Positions 53,996 to 63,267 of a stretch of DNA of 64,000 bases are shown piece by piece. The stretch covers positions 10,259 through 74,258 of the forward strand of contig JAFTYE010000003.1 of assembly GCA_017464805.1 (NCBI GenBank). Reading direction: 5' to 3'. The position numbers and the translations under genes were made by a program. This DNA comes from Clostridia bacterium. Its GTDB lineage: Bacteria; Bacillota; Clostridia; Oscillospirales; CAG-272. Positions within the stretch are counted from its first letter, which is position 1. Every line of letters begins with the position of its first letter. The notes beneath the pieces are model-generated. The model was not told where the DNA came from. It worked only from the letters and a program-made list of their open reading frames with translations, and did not search any database.

Positions 53996-54029
53996 TACAA
54001 AGGGGAGAACGGTTGTTCTCCCCTTTTTG
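53996..54029. terminator. intrinsic terminator after hpt (bidirectional hairpin)
   Basis: AGGGGAGAACggttGTTCTCCCCT with flanking T and A runs. Confidence 0.8.
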
Positions 54030-54569
54030 TTATTTTTCATAAACCTTGCGGGATAAGATGTACACCTCGGGCAGGTTCCGGTAACGCTCCGCGTAATCAA
54101 GACCGTACCCGACCACGAATTCGTCGGGGATCTGGAAGCCGCAGTAGTCCACCGTGACGTCTACCAACCGACGCTCGGGCTTGTCCATGAGCGTGCAAAG
54201 ACGTAGCGAGGCAGGGTCGCGCGTTTTGAGCAGCTCACACAGGTGTGATAGAGTCGTGCCCGTATCGATCAGATCCTCCACGATCACCACGTGGCGGCCT
54301 GCGATCGGACGGCCAAGATCCTTGATAATCTTGACGTATCCCGAGGTCGTGTCCCCGTCTCCGTAGCTGGACACCGCCATAAAGTCGATCTCTGCGGGAA
54401 TGGTAAGCGCCTTGAGCAGGTCGGTGAAAAAGAACACGCTCCCCTTAAGAATACAGATGAAAAGGGGGTTTTTGTCCCCGTAGTCGGCATCCAAACGAGC
54501 AGCCAGCTCTGAAATACGGGCCTCGATCCGCTCACGACTGATGAGTACACTGTCAAAATCGGAATGCAT
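54030..54569 (-). CDS. hpt: hypoxanthine phosphoribosyltransferase
   Basis: 179 aa; VVIVEDLIDTGTTL PRPP-binding motif; FVVGYGLDY. Confidence 0.92.
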   Translation of the reverse strand: MHSDFDSVLISRERIEARISELAARLDADYGDKNPLFICILKGSVFFFTDLLKALTIPAEIDFMAVSSYGDGDTTSGYVKIIKDLGRPIAGRHVVIVEDLIDTGTTLSHLCELLKTRDPASLRLCTLMDKPERRLVDVTVDYCGFQIPDEFVVGYGLDYAERYRNLPEVYILSRKVYEK

Positions 54570-54584
54570 ACAAGCCTCCCTTAC

Positions 54585-55649
54585 TTACAGGCCCAGACGA
54601 TTTACGGTGCGGTAAAGCGACTCGATATAGGCCAGACGGCGGGCACAAGCGGCCTGCATCTCGGAGATCTGCTCCTTCGAGAAAGCGTCGAGATCCCCGT
54701 CCTTGAGGGTCTTCTTGTACATACGATCCAAAATCAGGGCATACTGGATATCCACAGCTGCGATCTCGTTGTTGATGTTACAAATCACCTCGTCGGAGCG
54801 GCCGTTCATCAGCTCGTCAACGGCGAACTCACCCATACGGGAAGCCAGCAAACGGTCGCGCAGGGTAGGCATGCCGCCGCGAAGAACGTGTGCCAGACGC
54901 GCAAAACGGGATTCCACGCCCGTCTCGGCCTCAATGCGGCGGGTCAGCTCCTCGCCAAAATCACCGCCAAGGCCCTCGGCAACCACGATGATGAAGTTGC
55001 GCTTGCCGAGTGTGCGGGATGCTTTGATCTTCTCGATCAAAGCATCGGTGTCCGGCTTGATCTCGGGAACGATCGCTGCGGTCGCACCAACGGCAATGCC
55101 GACCTGTAGAGTGATGTCGCCCGCATCGCGGCCCATGACCTCGACCACGTTGCAGCGTGCGTGCGATTCACAGGTGTCGCGCAGACGGTCGATCATATCC
55201 ACGGCGGTGTTCATCGCCGTGTCGAAGCCAATGGTATAGTCGGTAGCGGTGATGTCGTTGTCGATGGTAGCGGGCAGGCCGATGCAGGGAATGCCGCGCG
55301 AGGACAGGTCGGTCGCACCGCGGAAGGTGCCGTCGCCGCCAATGGCAACGATACCGTCAATGTTGTTACGGCGGCAGGTTTCAATGGCCGCCTTCATGCC
55401 CTCCTCGGTCTTGAACTGGGGTGCACGGGCAGAATACAGCATCGTACCGCCATGGTTGACGATGTTGGAAACGTCACGCACGCCAAAGGGGCGAACGTCC
55501 CCGTAAATGAGCCCCTCGTAGCCCGAGTAAATGCCCATGACCTCCACGCCGTAGCCGATTGCCGTACGGGCGACTGCGCGCACGGCGGCATTCATGCCGG
55601 GTGCGTCGCCGCCGGAAGTCAATACACCGATTTTTCTGAAGCTTTTCAT
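54585..55649 (-). CDS. pfkA: ATP-dependent 6-phosphofructokinase
   Basis: IGVLTSGGDAPGMNAAVRAV, IGGDGT, GLPATIDND and MGRDAGD motifs; 354 aa. Confidence 0.92.
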   Translation of the reverse strand: MKSFRKIGVLTSGGDAPGMNAAVRAVARTAIGYGVEVMGIYSGYEGLIYGDVRPFGVRDVSNIVNHGGTMLYSARAPQFKTEEGMKAAIETCRRNNIDGIVAIGGDGTFRGATDLSSRGIPCIGLPATIDNDITATDYTIGFDTAMNTAVDMIDRLRDTCESHARCNVVEVMGRDAGDITLQVGIAVGATAAIVPEIKPDTDALIEKIKASRTLGKRNFIIVVAEGLGGDFGEELTRRIEAETGVESRFARLAHVLRGGMPTLRDRLLASRMGEFAVDELMNGRSDEVICNINNEIAAVDIQYALILDRMYKKTLKDGDLDAFSKEQISEMQAACARRLAYIESLYRTVNRLGL

Positions 55650-55665
55650 GATCTATCTCCTCCTG

Positions 55666-56145
55666 TTAGGACAGTAATTCTATCAGCATATCCGTCATTG
55701 CGTTCACCGCGCCAAGGCGGATCTCCTCACGCGTGCCGCGCAGATCGAAGGAGTGTACGACCGTTTCCTCTTTTGCGCGGCAAACGGCAACAAACACGCG
55801 ACCAATGGGGATTTCTTCGCTTCCGCCGCCGGGGCCGGCAAGCCCCGTGACCGAGATGCCGATGTCGCTGCCCGTCAAACGGACAACCCCCTCGGCCATC
55901 GCGCGCGCAACAGGGGCGGATACCGCCGTATGCGCCTCGATCAGCGCATGGGGAACGCAAAGCACATTCTCCTTGACCGCATTGACATAGGAAACGACAC
56001 CGCCGAAAAAGACTGCACTGGCACCCGAAACGTCCACCACGGACTTGGCAAACCAACCGCCCGTGCAGGATTCCGCCGCCGAAAGGGTAAGCCCTCGCCG
56101 CAAAAGAAGGGCAACAAGCTCTTCGCTTTTCGATCGGTTTTCCAC
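55666..56145 (-). CDS. CinA C-terminal domain / nicotinamide-nucleotide amidohydrolase (PncC-like)
   Basis: LTLSAAESCTGG motif. I preferred GTG 56145, which follows a GGAGGTG RBS; the track start at 56178 has no RBS. Confidence 0.8.
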   Translation of the reverse strand: MENRSKSEELVALLLRRGLTLSAAESCTGGWFAKSVVDVSGASAVFFGGVVSYVNAVKENVLCVPHALIEAHTAVSAPVARAMAEGVVRLTGSDIGISVTGLAGPGGGSEEIPIGRVFVAVCRAKEETVVHSFDLRGTREEIRLGAVNAMTDMLIELLS

Positions 56146-56262
56146 GGTGCACCTCCGCACGATTTCAATCATCTTCATTATTATACAACAAATGCGACCG
56201 TTTTACAATATCCTGCAAAAAAATTCTTTCGTTTTTCTTCGCGTAAAATTCGCCCTTGATGA

Positions 56263-56291
56263 TTGACACGGGAGGGATAATATAGTATAAT
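56263..56291 (+). promoter_or_regulatory. sigma-70-type promoter (TTGACA-17-TATAAT)
   Basis: TTGACAcgggagggataatatagTATAAT, 36 nt upstream of ATG 56328. Confidence 0.65.
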
Positions 56292-56327
56292 AATAGAAAT
56301 AGTACTTTCACAAGGAAAAGGTGCAAG

Positions 56328-57143
56328 ATGAGCGACGAGCGCAAAAAAATCGAACGGATCTGGCTCACCCCCGCCAAGGGCGGTGTGGGGGTCGGCTTTG
56401 CCTCGGTCAATCTGGCTCTTGCCCTGTGCCGTCGCGGAAAGCGTGTGCTCCTTGTGGATGGCAGTGTGTTCGGCCGCTCTCTGGATACGGTCCTTTCCTG
56501 CGCGGAGGACGTGATCTACGACATTGGCGATCTAGCCGCCCATCGTGTGGAAATGGATAAGACCCTGCTCCGTCCTCTTGGGGAAAACGGCCCCGCCCTG
56601 CTCCCCGCCGCCTTCTCGGGTGAGGATGCCGTCACGGGACAGGCCCTTTCCACCCTTTTATCCGAGCTATCGGATACGGGAGAATTTGACTATATTCTCG
56701 TAGATGCTCTGGCTCTTACCGACGCGCTTGTCTGTGCAAAGACATACGACCGCGTTCTGGTTGTCACCGACCCAACCCCCGCCTCGCTCCGCTCGGCGGA
56801 GATGCGGGGCGTATCCCTTCGTGGTGCGGCTGTGGCGAGCGTGTCGCTCCTTATCAACCGTTTTTCACTGTTGCCGCCGCGCGAGAGCGGACAGGACAAG
56901 GCCATCTTGATGATGGACCAGGCCTCTTTGCCTCTTCTCGGCATCATTCCCACGGTCGGGGAGCTTTCGGAAACGGCACACAAATACGTGGGGAAATATC
57001 CCCTGCTTGAGGGTCGCGCCTTCCGCGCGGAGCCTGCCCTCGCCGCCTTTGATAACCTGGCAGGCCGCCTTTTGGGCGAAGAAGTACCCCTGCTTTCGAA
57101 CATCCGTGCGGTGCGCTCGTACCGACGGAAGCTTTTGTATTGA
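56328..57143 (+). CDS. MinD/ParA-like P-loop protein with degenerate Walker A
   Basis: It aligns along its length with MinD, but the Walker A is AKGGVGVGF instead of GKGGVGKTT. The C-terminal basic/amphipathic tail is RRKLLY. Confidence 0.7.
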   Translation: MSDERKKIERIWLTPAKGGVGVGFASVNLALALCRRGKRVLLVDGSVFGRSLDTVLSCAEDVIYDIGDLAAHRVEMDKTLLRPLGENGPALLPAAFSGEDAVTGQALSTLLSELSDTGEFDYILVDALALTDALVCAKTYDRVLVVTDPTPASLRSAEMRGVSLRGAAVASVSLLINRFSLLPPRESGQDKAILMMDQASLPLLGIIPTVGELSETAHKYVGKYPLLEGRAFRAEPALAAFDNLAGRLLGEEVPLLSNIRAVRSYRRKLLY

Positions 57144-57166
57144 TACACAGAAAGGGAGGATCTTTC

Positions 57167-57595
57167 ATGGAAATTGCCATCATCGCAGACGATACGAAAA
57201 AAGAACTGATGACCCAGTTCTGCATCGCCTATTGCGGCATTCTGGGCCACCACAACCTCTGCGCCACCCAGACTACGGGTCGTTATATTGCCGAGGCTAC
57301 GGGTCTTTCGATCGATGCCCTGTTGCCCGGTGATATCGGTGGCATGGAACAGATCCTTTCCCGCATTACCTATAACGAGATCGACATGCTGCTCTATTTC
57401 CGCGATAGCGTGGGCGATGAGCCCGAGGGCGAAACGGGACGTATGATCCTGCGGGAATGCGATATCAACAATGTGCCCGTTGCCACCAATATCGCCACCG
57501 CCGAGGTGCTGGTTCTGGCACTGGAGCGCGGCAGTCTGGATTGGAGAGAGATCGTCAACCCGCGCTCGGAGTACAACCGTCGCCGCCGTGGCTGA
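57167..57595 (+). CDS. methylglyoxal synthase-like protein (catalytic residues not conserved)
   Basis: ATG 57167 follows a GGGAGGA RBS. It has the MGS fold signature (CATQTTGRYIAEATG, NNVPVATNIATAE), but AHD is replaced by ADD and GGDQQ by GGMEQ. Confidence 0.75.
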   Translation: MEIAIIADDTKKELMTQFCIAYCGILGHHNLCATQTTGRYIAEATGLSIDALLPGDIGGMEQILSRITYNEIDMLLYFRDSVGDEPEGETGRMILRECDINNVPVATNIATAEVLVLALERGSLDWREIVNPRSEYNRRRRG

Positions 57596-57604
57596 CACAC
57601 CTAT

Positions 57605-57640
57605 GGCAGCCACCGCCTTTCGCGGTGGCTGCCCTTTTTG
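57605..57640 (+). terminator. intrinsic terminator
   Basis: GGCAGCCACCGCctttcGCGGTGGCTGCCcttttt. Confidence 0.8.
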
Positions 57641-57648
57641 GAGGAGCT

Positions 57649-58083
57649 ATGCAAAACGAATATCCCGTGTCCGTTTCGATCGTCACTCTCCGCTTTGACA
57701 GAGATGGTAGCGGCGAGAAGGAAGCCTATACCTACGCGGGCCGCGTCAGCGAGGGGGATCGGTACACCCTCACCTACACGGCGAGTGAGGATGGGCAAAA
57801 AACCGTCCTCTCCTTTTGCAAGGAACAGCCTGAAACAATCTGCCTTTTGCAAAGCGGTGAGGTTTCCTGCGAGCTTTGCTTTGAGGCGGGCAGAGGCTAC
57901 ACAGCCCTGTACCGCGTGGCGGGGGCAGGGGAGTTGGATATCGAGATCAAGCCTCGCGTGGTAACCAATGAAGCGGGTGAACGCGCGCGGCGCATCCGCC
58001 TGGACTACGAAGCTACCATCGGCGGCGCGCGTATGCGTACCGTCATGACCCTGATTGTCGAGAGAATCGACATAGAAGCGTAA
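57649..58083 (+). CDS. DUF1934-like beta-barrel protein (YwiB-like)
   Basis: ATG 57649 follows a GGAGGAG RBS; 144 aa with an alternating beta-strand pattern. The family name is from memory. Confidence 0.65.
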   Translation: MQNEYPVSVSIVTLRFDRDGSGEKEAYTYAGRVSEGDRYTLTYTASEDGQKTVLSFCKEQPETICLLQSGEVSCELCFEAGRGYTALYRVAGAGELDIEIKPRVVTNEAGERARRIRLDYEATIGGARMRTVMTLIVERIDIEA

Positions 58084-58103
58084 ACAAGAAAAGGAGAAGC
58101 GGC

Positions 58104-59138
58104 ATGACCGTAGACGAGCTGAAGGCACAACTGAAAAACGGCAATCTGTCTGGAGTCTACCTCTTTTGTGGGGAAGAAGCCTTTTTGCGCCGTTATTATC
58201 TTGGTGAGCTGCGCGCCGCCATCCTGACCGACCCCGCCTTCGATGCCTTTAACCGCATCGTCATGGAGGGGGAGGAGATCGACTTCCCGCGCCTGTCCGA
58301 GGCGCTTTGCTCGCCGCCCATGATGGCTGACAAGAAGCTGGTCGAATGGCACCTTGCCGACCTTTCAAGCCTTAAAGAAACCCTGCTTCGCAAGCTCACC
58401 GAGTTTTGCGAGATGGCAAAGGACTACCCCGAGACCGTCACGGTCTTTGTGGTGGATGCCGACTGTCTTGATGTCGGCAATCTGCCGAAGCGTCCGTCCA
58501 AGGCCTACACGGAGCTTTCGAAGATCATGTCGGTCGTCTGCTTTGAGCGGTCAGGCGAGGCGGCTCTTGCCGGCTGGATTGCACGGCATTTTGCGCACGA
58601 GGGAGTTAGGGCTACCCGTGCGGTCATCGAAGCCCTGCTTGCCCAAAGCGGCACGTCCATGGACGCGCTTTCGGGCGAGATCGTTAAGCTCGCCGCCTTT
58701 GTCAAGCAGAACGGGCGGGAGGAGATTACCGAAAAGGATGTCGAGGAGGTCGCCAGCCGCGCAAGCGAAAGCGATGCCTTCGGCTTGACCAATGCGATTT
58801 TAGAGGGCAACGCCCCCCGCGCCTACGCCTGCTTACAGGATATGAAGGGGCGCAAGGTCGAGCCAACCCTCGCCATTGCCTCGGTTGCACGCACTTATGC
58901 CGATCTGTTGACAGTCCGCTCCTGTGCGGAGGCGGGTCTTTCGCAAAAGGAGATCGGCGCGCGCCTCCGAATGCACGAATACAAGGTCGGCCTGTTCCTG
59001 CGTGCCGCGAAGAAAAGAAGCGCGGGACAGCTGGAGGCGGCACTTGCCTTTTGCAGCCGTGCGGACACCGCCTCGAAAACGGGCATGGGCATCGGCGGCT
59101 ACCTTGCGCTGGAATATCTGATCGCCCGCACCCTGTAA
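58104..59138 (+). CDS. holA: DNA polymerase III subunit delta
   Basis: 344 aa. ...VYLFCGEEAFL... is a typical HolA N-terminus and a helical C-terminal domain follows. Confidence 0.85.
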   Translation: MTVDELKAQLKNGNLSGVYLFCGEEAFLRRYYLGELRAAILTDPAFDAFNRIVMEGEEIDFPRLSEALCSPPMMADKKLVEWHLADLSSLKETLLRKLTEFCEMAKDYPETVTVFVVDADCLDVGNLPKRPSKAYTELSKIMSVVCFERSGEAALAGWIARHFAHEGVRATRAVIEALLAQSGTSMDALSGEIVKLAAFVKQNGREEITEKDVEEVASRASESDAFGLTNAILEGNAPRAYACLQDMKGRKVEPTLAIASVARTYADLLTVRSCAEAGLSQKEIGARLRMHEYKVGLFLRAAKKRSAGQLEAALAFCSRADTASKTGMGIGGYLALEYLIARTL

Positions 59139-59164
59139 AAAATCAACCGAAAGGAGAGCCCGCC

Positions 59165-59734
59165 ATGTCGGAGCGTATTTGTATTCTGTCCTCGGAAGCG
59201 GCCTTTGCCCAGATGCTTCGACTGGAGTTGGAGGATGCGGGCTATGCCGTTTCGGTCTTGCGTCGGGATGCGCGATTGCCGCAGGCAAGTGTCTATCTCG
59301 TTGATCGGGATGCTTTCCCGACTGTCCTACCCCCCGCATCCCGAGTAGTGGGATACGGCCACGGCCGGGGAACGGATGGGCTTTATCTTGCCCGTCCCTT
59401 TTCACTTGCCGCCCTTTGTGCCGCGTTGCGCGGGGAAAGGGAGGAGGCGCGCGGCATCTCGCTTGCCGCGGACGGTACCGCCGTCTACCTGGACGGTACG
59501 CGCATTCCTCTTTCCCCAAAGGAATATGCCCTGCTCGCCTGTCTAGTCCGTGCGGGCGGTTCCCCCGTATCCCGTTCTGCCCTGCTTACTGAGGTGTGGG
59601 GGGAAGGATACGGAGAGGGGGTCGTGACAGTCTACCTGCACTATCTGCGTAAAAAGTTGGAGCGCGGCGGCAGAAAGCTGCTGTTTGCTGTGCGCGGAAG
59701 CGGCTATGCCTTGCGATCGGAGGAACAACCATGA
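59165..59734 (+). CDS. OmpR/PhoB-type winged-helix protein with short atypical receiver-like N-terminal domain
   Basis: The C-terminal part LSPKEYALLACLVRAGGSPVSRSALLTEVWG...VTVYLHYLRKKL...VRGSGYAL is a trans_reg_C domain. The N-terminal part of about 95 aa lacks the DD acidic pair (ICILSSE). Confidence 0.75.
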   Translation: MSERICILSSEAAFAQMLRLELEDAGYAVSVLRRDARLPQASVYLVDRDAFPTVLPPASRVVGYGHGRGTDGLYLARPFSLAALCAALRGEREEARGISLAADGTAVYLDGTRIPLSPKEYALLACLVRAGGSPVSRSALLTEVWGEGYGEGVVTVYLHYLRKKLERGGRKLLFAVRGSGYALRSEEQP

Positions 59735-62700
59735 TCCGTATACTGACAGGCGATTTCGGAAGCGGAAAAAGCGAGGCGATCGCCGCCGCCATCCGCCGCG
59801 ATGTAGAGGCGGGAAAACGTGCCTATCTGCTCGTGCCCGAGCAGGGAACGCTCTTTTCAGAGCAGCAGATGGCAGACCTACTTCCCCCCTCGGCCCCCCT
59901 GTGCTTTGAGGTTACAAACTTTTCTCGTCTTGCCAATACCGTGTTCCGCCGTGAGGGCGGACTTTCCTATCACTATGCCACCTCCGACGTGCGCACGCTG
60001 ATCATGTGGCGCACGATGGGGGAGCTTTTGCCCCTGTTGCACGAAAAGCAGGGAGAACAGGAGCTTGGGCGTGTACGGAAGATGAGTGCTGCCATGGCAG
60101 AGCTTTCCGCGCTCTCCCTCACCCCCGCTGCCCTGTCCGCCGCGGCAAAAAAACTGCCCCAGGGCGAGCGGTTGCGTGAAAAATTGGAGGACCTTTCGCT
60201 CCTGTCTGCCCTCTATCACAGCTTTTTGCGCGAGCAGTACGACGATATGACAGAGGATCTTGACCACCTTGCCGAGCTTTTGCTCGAAACGCGCTTCCTT
60301 TCGGGCGCACACCTGTACGTGGACGGCTTTATCAGCTTCACTGAGCAGCAGTGGCGCATTCTCCGTGCCGCCGCCGCAACCTGCGACATGACCGTTACCC
60401 TCACCCTGCCTGCGGCGCGTGAGGATGACCTAACTTTTGAGGAAACGCGCGACACCTACGCGCGTCTTTTGCGCATGGCGGAGAGGGCGGGCGTGTCCCT
60501 TACCCGCGAGGATCTGGGAGAAAATAAACGAACCGATTCCCCCGTTCTGCTCGCACTCCTACCACAGCTGTTCGGCCGTGAAAAACCGAATGTCAAGAGG
60601 GGTGTGTGTTGCAAAGACGGGAAAAATGAGGCCGTACGCCTCGTGTCCGCGCCCGATGCCTTCTATGCCTGCGCCTATATTGCCGCCGACATTGCCCGCC
60701 GCGTCAAGGACGAGGGGGCACAGTACCGCGATTTCGCGGTGATTGCCCACTCGGCAGATGCCTATGCGGGCATTCTTGATGTGTGCATGCAGGATGCCGA
60801 TGTTCCCTGCTTTATGTCCAAAAAGACGGATATCGATGCTTATGCCGCCGTGAAGCTGCTCTACACCGCCTACGCCATCTGCACGGGCGGCTGGCGGCGT
60901 GAGGACGTGATCTCTTACCTGAAATGCGGCATGTCGGGTATTTCCGAGGAGGATATCGATCTCTTTGAGATCTACGTCACCCGATGGAACCTGTACGGCC
61001 GCCGCTTTACCGATGAGGTAGGCTGGAACATGAACCCCGACGGCTATACCGATCGCCTCACCCCGCGCGGGGAAGAGGTGCTTCGCCGCGTCGAGGGGGT
61101 GCGTCGTACTCTCCTTGAGCAGCTTGCCCCCCTCACCGACCGCCCGTCCCGTAGCGGCGTGACCGAGCATTGCCGAGCCCTGTACGATTTTATGTGCCGC
61201 CTGGAGGTGGAAAAACAACTCTCTGCGCGCGCAGAAGAGGCCCGTGTGTTGCAAAACACCGAGGAAGCCGACATTTTGTCCCGCCTTTTTGTCGTCCTGT
61301 GTGACGCGCTCGACCGCCTTTGTGACACGCTGGGGGATACCGAGGTAGGGAACGAGCAGTTTTTGGATCTGCTGCGGCTGATGCTGTCGGAGCAGGAGCT
61401 TTCCCGAATCCCCTCGGCCATTGACCAGGTGACCGTCGGCTCGGCAGATCTGCTTCGCACGGCGGGCGCGCGCCACGTCTACCTGCTCGGCGTGAACGAG
61501 GGCGAATTTCCCGCCGCCGCGAGATCCGGCGGCGTGTTCAGCGAGGGAGACCGCCGCGTCCTTTCGGAGCTTGGCCTCTCGGTTGAGCCGAACCTGACCC
61601 TGTACGCCGCGCGAGAGTTGTTTTGCCTGGCCCGTGCCTTTGCCACAGCAAAGGAAAGCGTTACGCTTCTTTCATCGGACACCACTCTGTCGGGTAGTCC
61701 CCAGCAGCCTGCCGCCGTCTTTAATCGCATAAAGGAGCTGACCGGTCTGCCCATCATCCGCACGACCAATTTACCTGTGCTGGATCAGCTTTTCCGCCCT
61801 CATGCCTCGGCCGATTACCTTGGCATTCTGCGCGGCACGGTGGAGGGCGAGGCCCTTGCCCGCGTTCTGTCGCGCGATCCGCGCTATGCCGAGGCTGTTG
61901 TGCGGCTGGATACCCCGCTTTCGGATACCGATTGCCGCCTGAACCCCGCCACGGCAAAGGCCCTGTACGATAAGCAGATCTCGCTTACACAGTCGCGCAT
62001 CGACCGCTATGTTAGGTGTCCCTTTTCCTATTTCTGTCAGTACGTTTTGCGCCTGGATGCCGCGCGCGTGATCGAATTTGATTATTCCGATGCCGGCAAC
62101 CTGCTTCATACGGTGCTGGAACGCTTCTTCGATCGCCTGCAAAAAAGCGGACGGCAGGCAAGAGCTCTCACCCCCGCCGAGGTCGAGAACATGTCGGACG
62201 AGATCATCGCCGAATACGTAAGGGCCATTTGCCCCGACAGCGTGCGAAGCACCCCGCGATTTTTGCATCTGCTTTCCACTTTGCGCCGCGCCGCTCTGCC
62301 TGTTCTGCTCGAAATGGTGGAAGAATTTTCGCAAAGCGACTTCGTCCCCACCTTTTTTGAGTTGGGGATTGCGGACGGCGAGGACGCGCCCGAGGGACTG
62401 CCCTTTACCCTGCCAAACGGCACCCGTGTGTCGCTATATGGCCGTGTTGACCGTGTCGACACCTACCGCAAGGGGGATCAAACCTACCTGCGCGTCATTG
62501 ACTACAAGTCGGGGGATAAGAGTTTCTCGCTTTCGGATATCGAGCGCGGACTGAACACCCAGTTGCTCGTTTACATGATCTCCATGTGGAAGAGCGAAAA
62601 CCCCGCCTTCCGCGCCCGCCTGTGCGGGGAAGGGGGCGAGATCCTACCCGCGGGTGTGCTGTACACGGGTGCGCGCATCAAGGATGCGACCTGTGACAGC

Positions 62701-63051
62701 CCTGCCGAGGCGCGTGAGCTTGCCGATCACCTCGGTGCAACCGTCAAGCGCAGCGGCCTGTTGCTCAACGATCCCGAAATTCTGCGCGCTATGGATCACG
62801 AGCTTTCGGGACGCTATATCCCCGTCAAGCTTGATCCAAAAAGTGGTAAGTTCGAAAAAGCCTCTCTCCGATCGCTTGCCTCGCTTGAAAAAATGGGAGA
62901 GCTGGTCGGTAAGATCGACGAGGTGATCTGTCACATCGCGGGGGAGATGCAAAGGGGTCACGCCTCTGCCCGCCCGCGTGATGAGGGCAAGCGGAATCGA
63001 GCCTGCGAATATTGCGACATGCGTGCCGTTTGCCGATCGGTGGAGCTTTGA
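59731..63051 (+). CDS. addB: helicase-exonuclease AddAB, subunit AddB
   Basis: 1106 aa. It has the N-terminal P-loop GDFGSGKS and a C-terminal RecB-like nuclease with Fe-S Cys ligands (RCPFSYF ... CEYCDMRAVC). The start overlaps the upstream stop (ATGA). Confidence 0.9.
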   Translation: MIRILTGDFGSGKSEAIAAAIRRDVEAGKRAYLLVPEQGTLFSEQQMADLLPPSAPLCFEVTNFSRLANTVFRREGGLSYHYATSDVRTLIMWRTMGELLPLLHEKQGEQELGRVRKMSAAMAELSALSLTPAALSAAAKKLPQGERLREKLEDLSLLSALYHSFLREQYDDMTEDLDHLAELLLETRFLSGAHLYVDGFISFTEQQWRILRAAAATCDMTVTLTLPAAREDDLTFEETRDTYARLLRMAERAGVSLTREDLGENKRTDSPVLLALLPQLFGREKPNVKRGVCCKDGKNEAVRLVSAPDAFYACAYIAADIARRVKDEGAQYRDFAVIAHSADAYAGILDVCMQDADVPCFMSKKTDIDAYAAVKLLYTAYAICTGGWRREDVISYLKCGMSGISEEDIDLFEIYVTRWNLYGRRFTDEVGWNMNPDGYTDRLTPRGEEVLRRVEGVRRTLLEQLAPLTDRPSRSGVTEHCRALYDFMCRLEVEKQLSARAEEARVLQNTEEADILSRLFVVLCDALDRLCDTLGDTEVGNEQFLDLLRLMLSEQELSRIPSAIDQVTVGSADLLRTAGARHVYLLGVNEGEFPAAARSGGVFSEGDRRVLSELGLSVEPNLTLYAARELFCLARAFATAKESVTLLSSDTTLSGSPQQPAAVFNRIKELTGLPIIRTTNLPVLDQLFRPHASADYLGILRGTVEGEALARVLSRDPRYAEAVVRLDTPLSDTDCRLNPATAKALYDKQISLTQSRIDRYVRCPFSYFCQYVLRLDAARVIEFDYSDAGNLLHTVLERFFDRLQKSGRQARALTPAEVENMSDEIIAEYVRAICPDSVRSTPRFLHLLSTLRRAALPVLLEMVEEFSQSDFVPTFFELGIADGEDAPEGLPFTLPNGTRVSLYGRVDRVDTYRKGDQTYLRVIDYKSGDKSFSLSDIERGLNTQLLVYMISMWKSENPAFRARLCGEGGEILPAGVLYTGARIKDATCDSPAEARELADHLGATVKRSGLLLNDPEILRAMDHELSGRYIPVKLDPKSGKFEKASLRSLASLEKMGELVGKIDEVICHIAGEMQRGHASARPRDEGKRNRACEYCDMRAVCRSVEL

Positions 63052-63063
63052 ATACACCGCGAG

Positions 63064-63093
63064 GAAGGACAGCCAACGGCTGCCCTTCTTTTT
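63064..63093 (+). terminator. intrinsic terminator after addB
   Basis: GAAGGACAGCCaacGGCTGCCCTTCttttt (one mismatch in the stem). Confidence 0.7.
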
Positions 63094-63267
63094 GAGAGCA
63101 TAAAGCCGAACAAATAAATGAGAAAATAGGCAGAATACACAAAAAAACACAAGCAGAATTGGAGAAATTGCCGATTGACCCAACCACTCGCTTTGTTATA
63201 TAATATATTCGTGTTAAAATATCATAGTGAAATTGCCGCATTCGCGGTGATGAAAAAGGAGAAAAGT

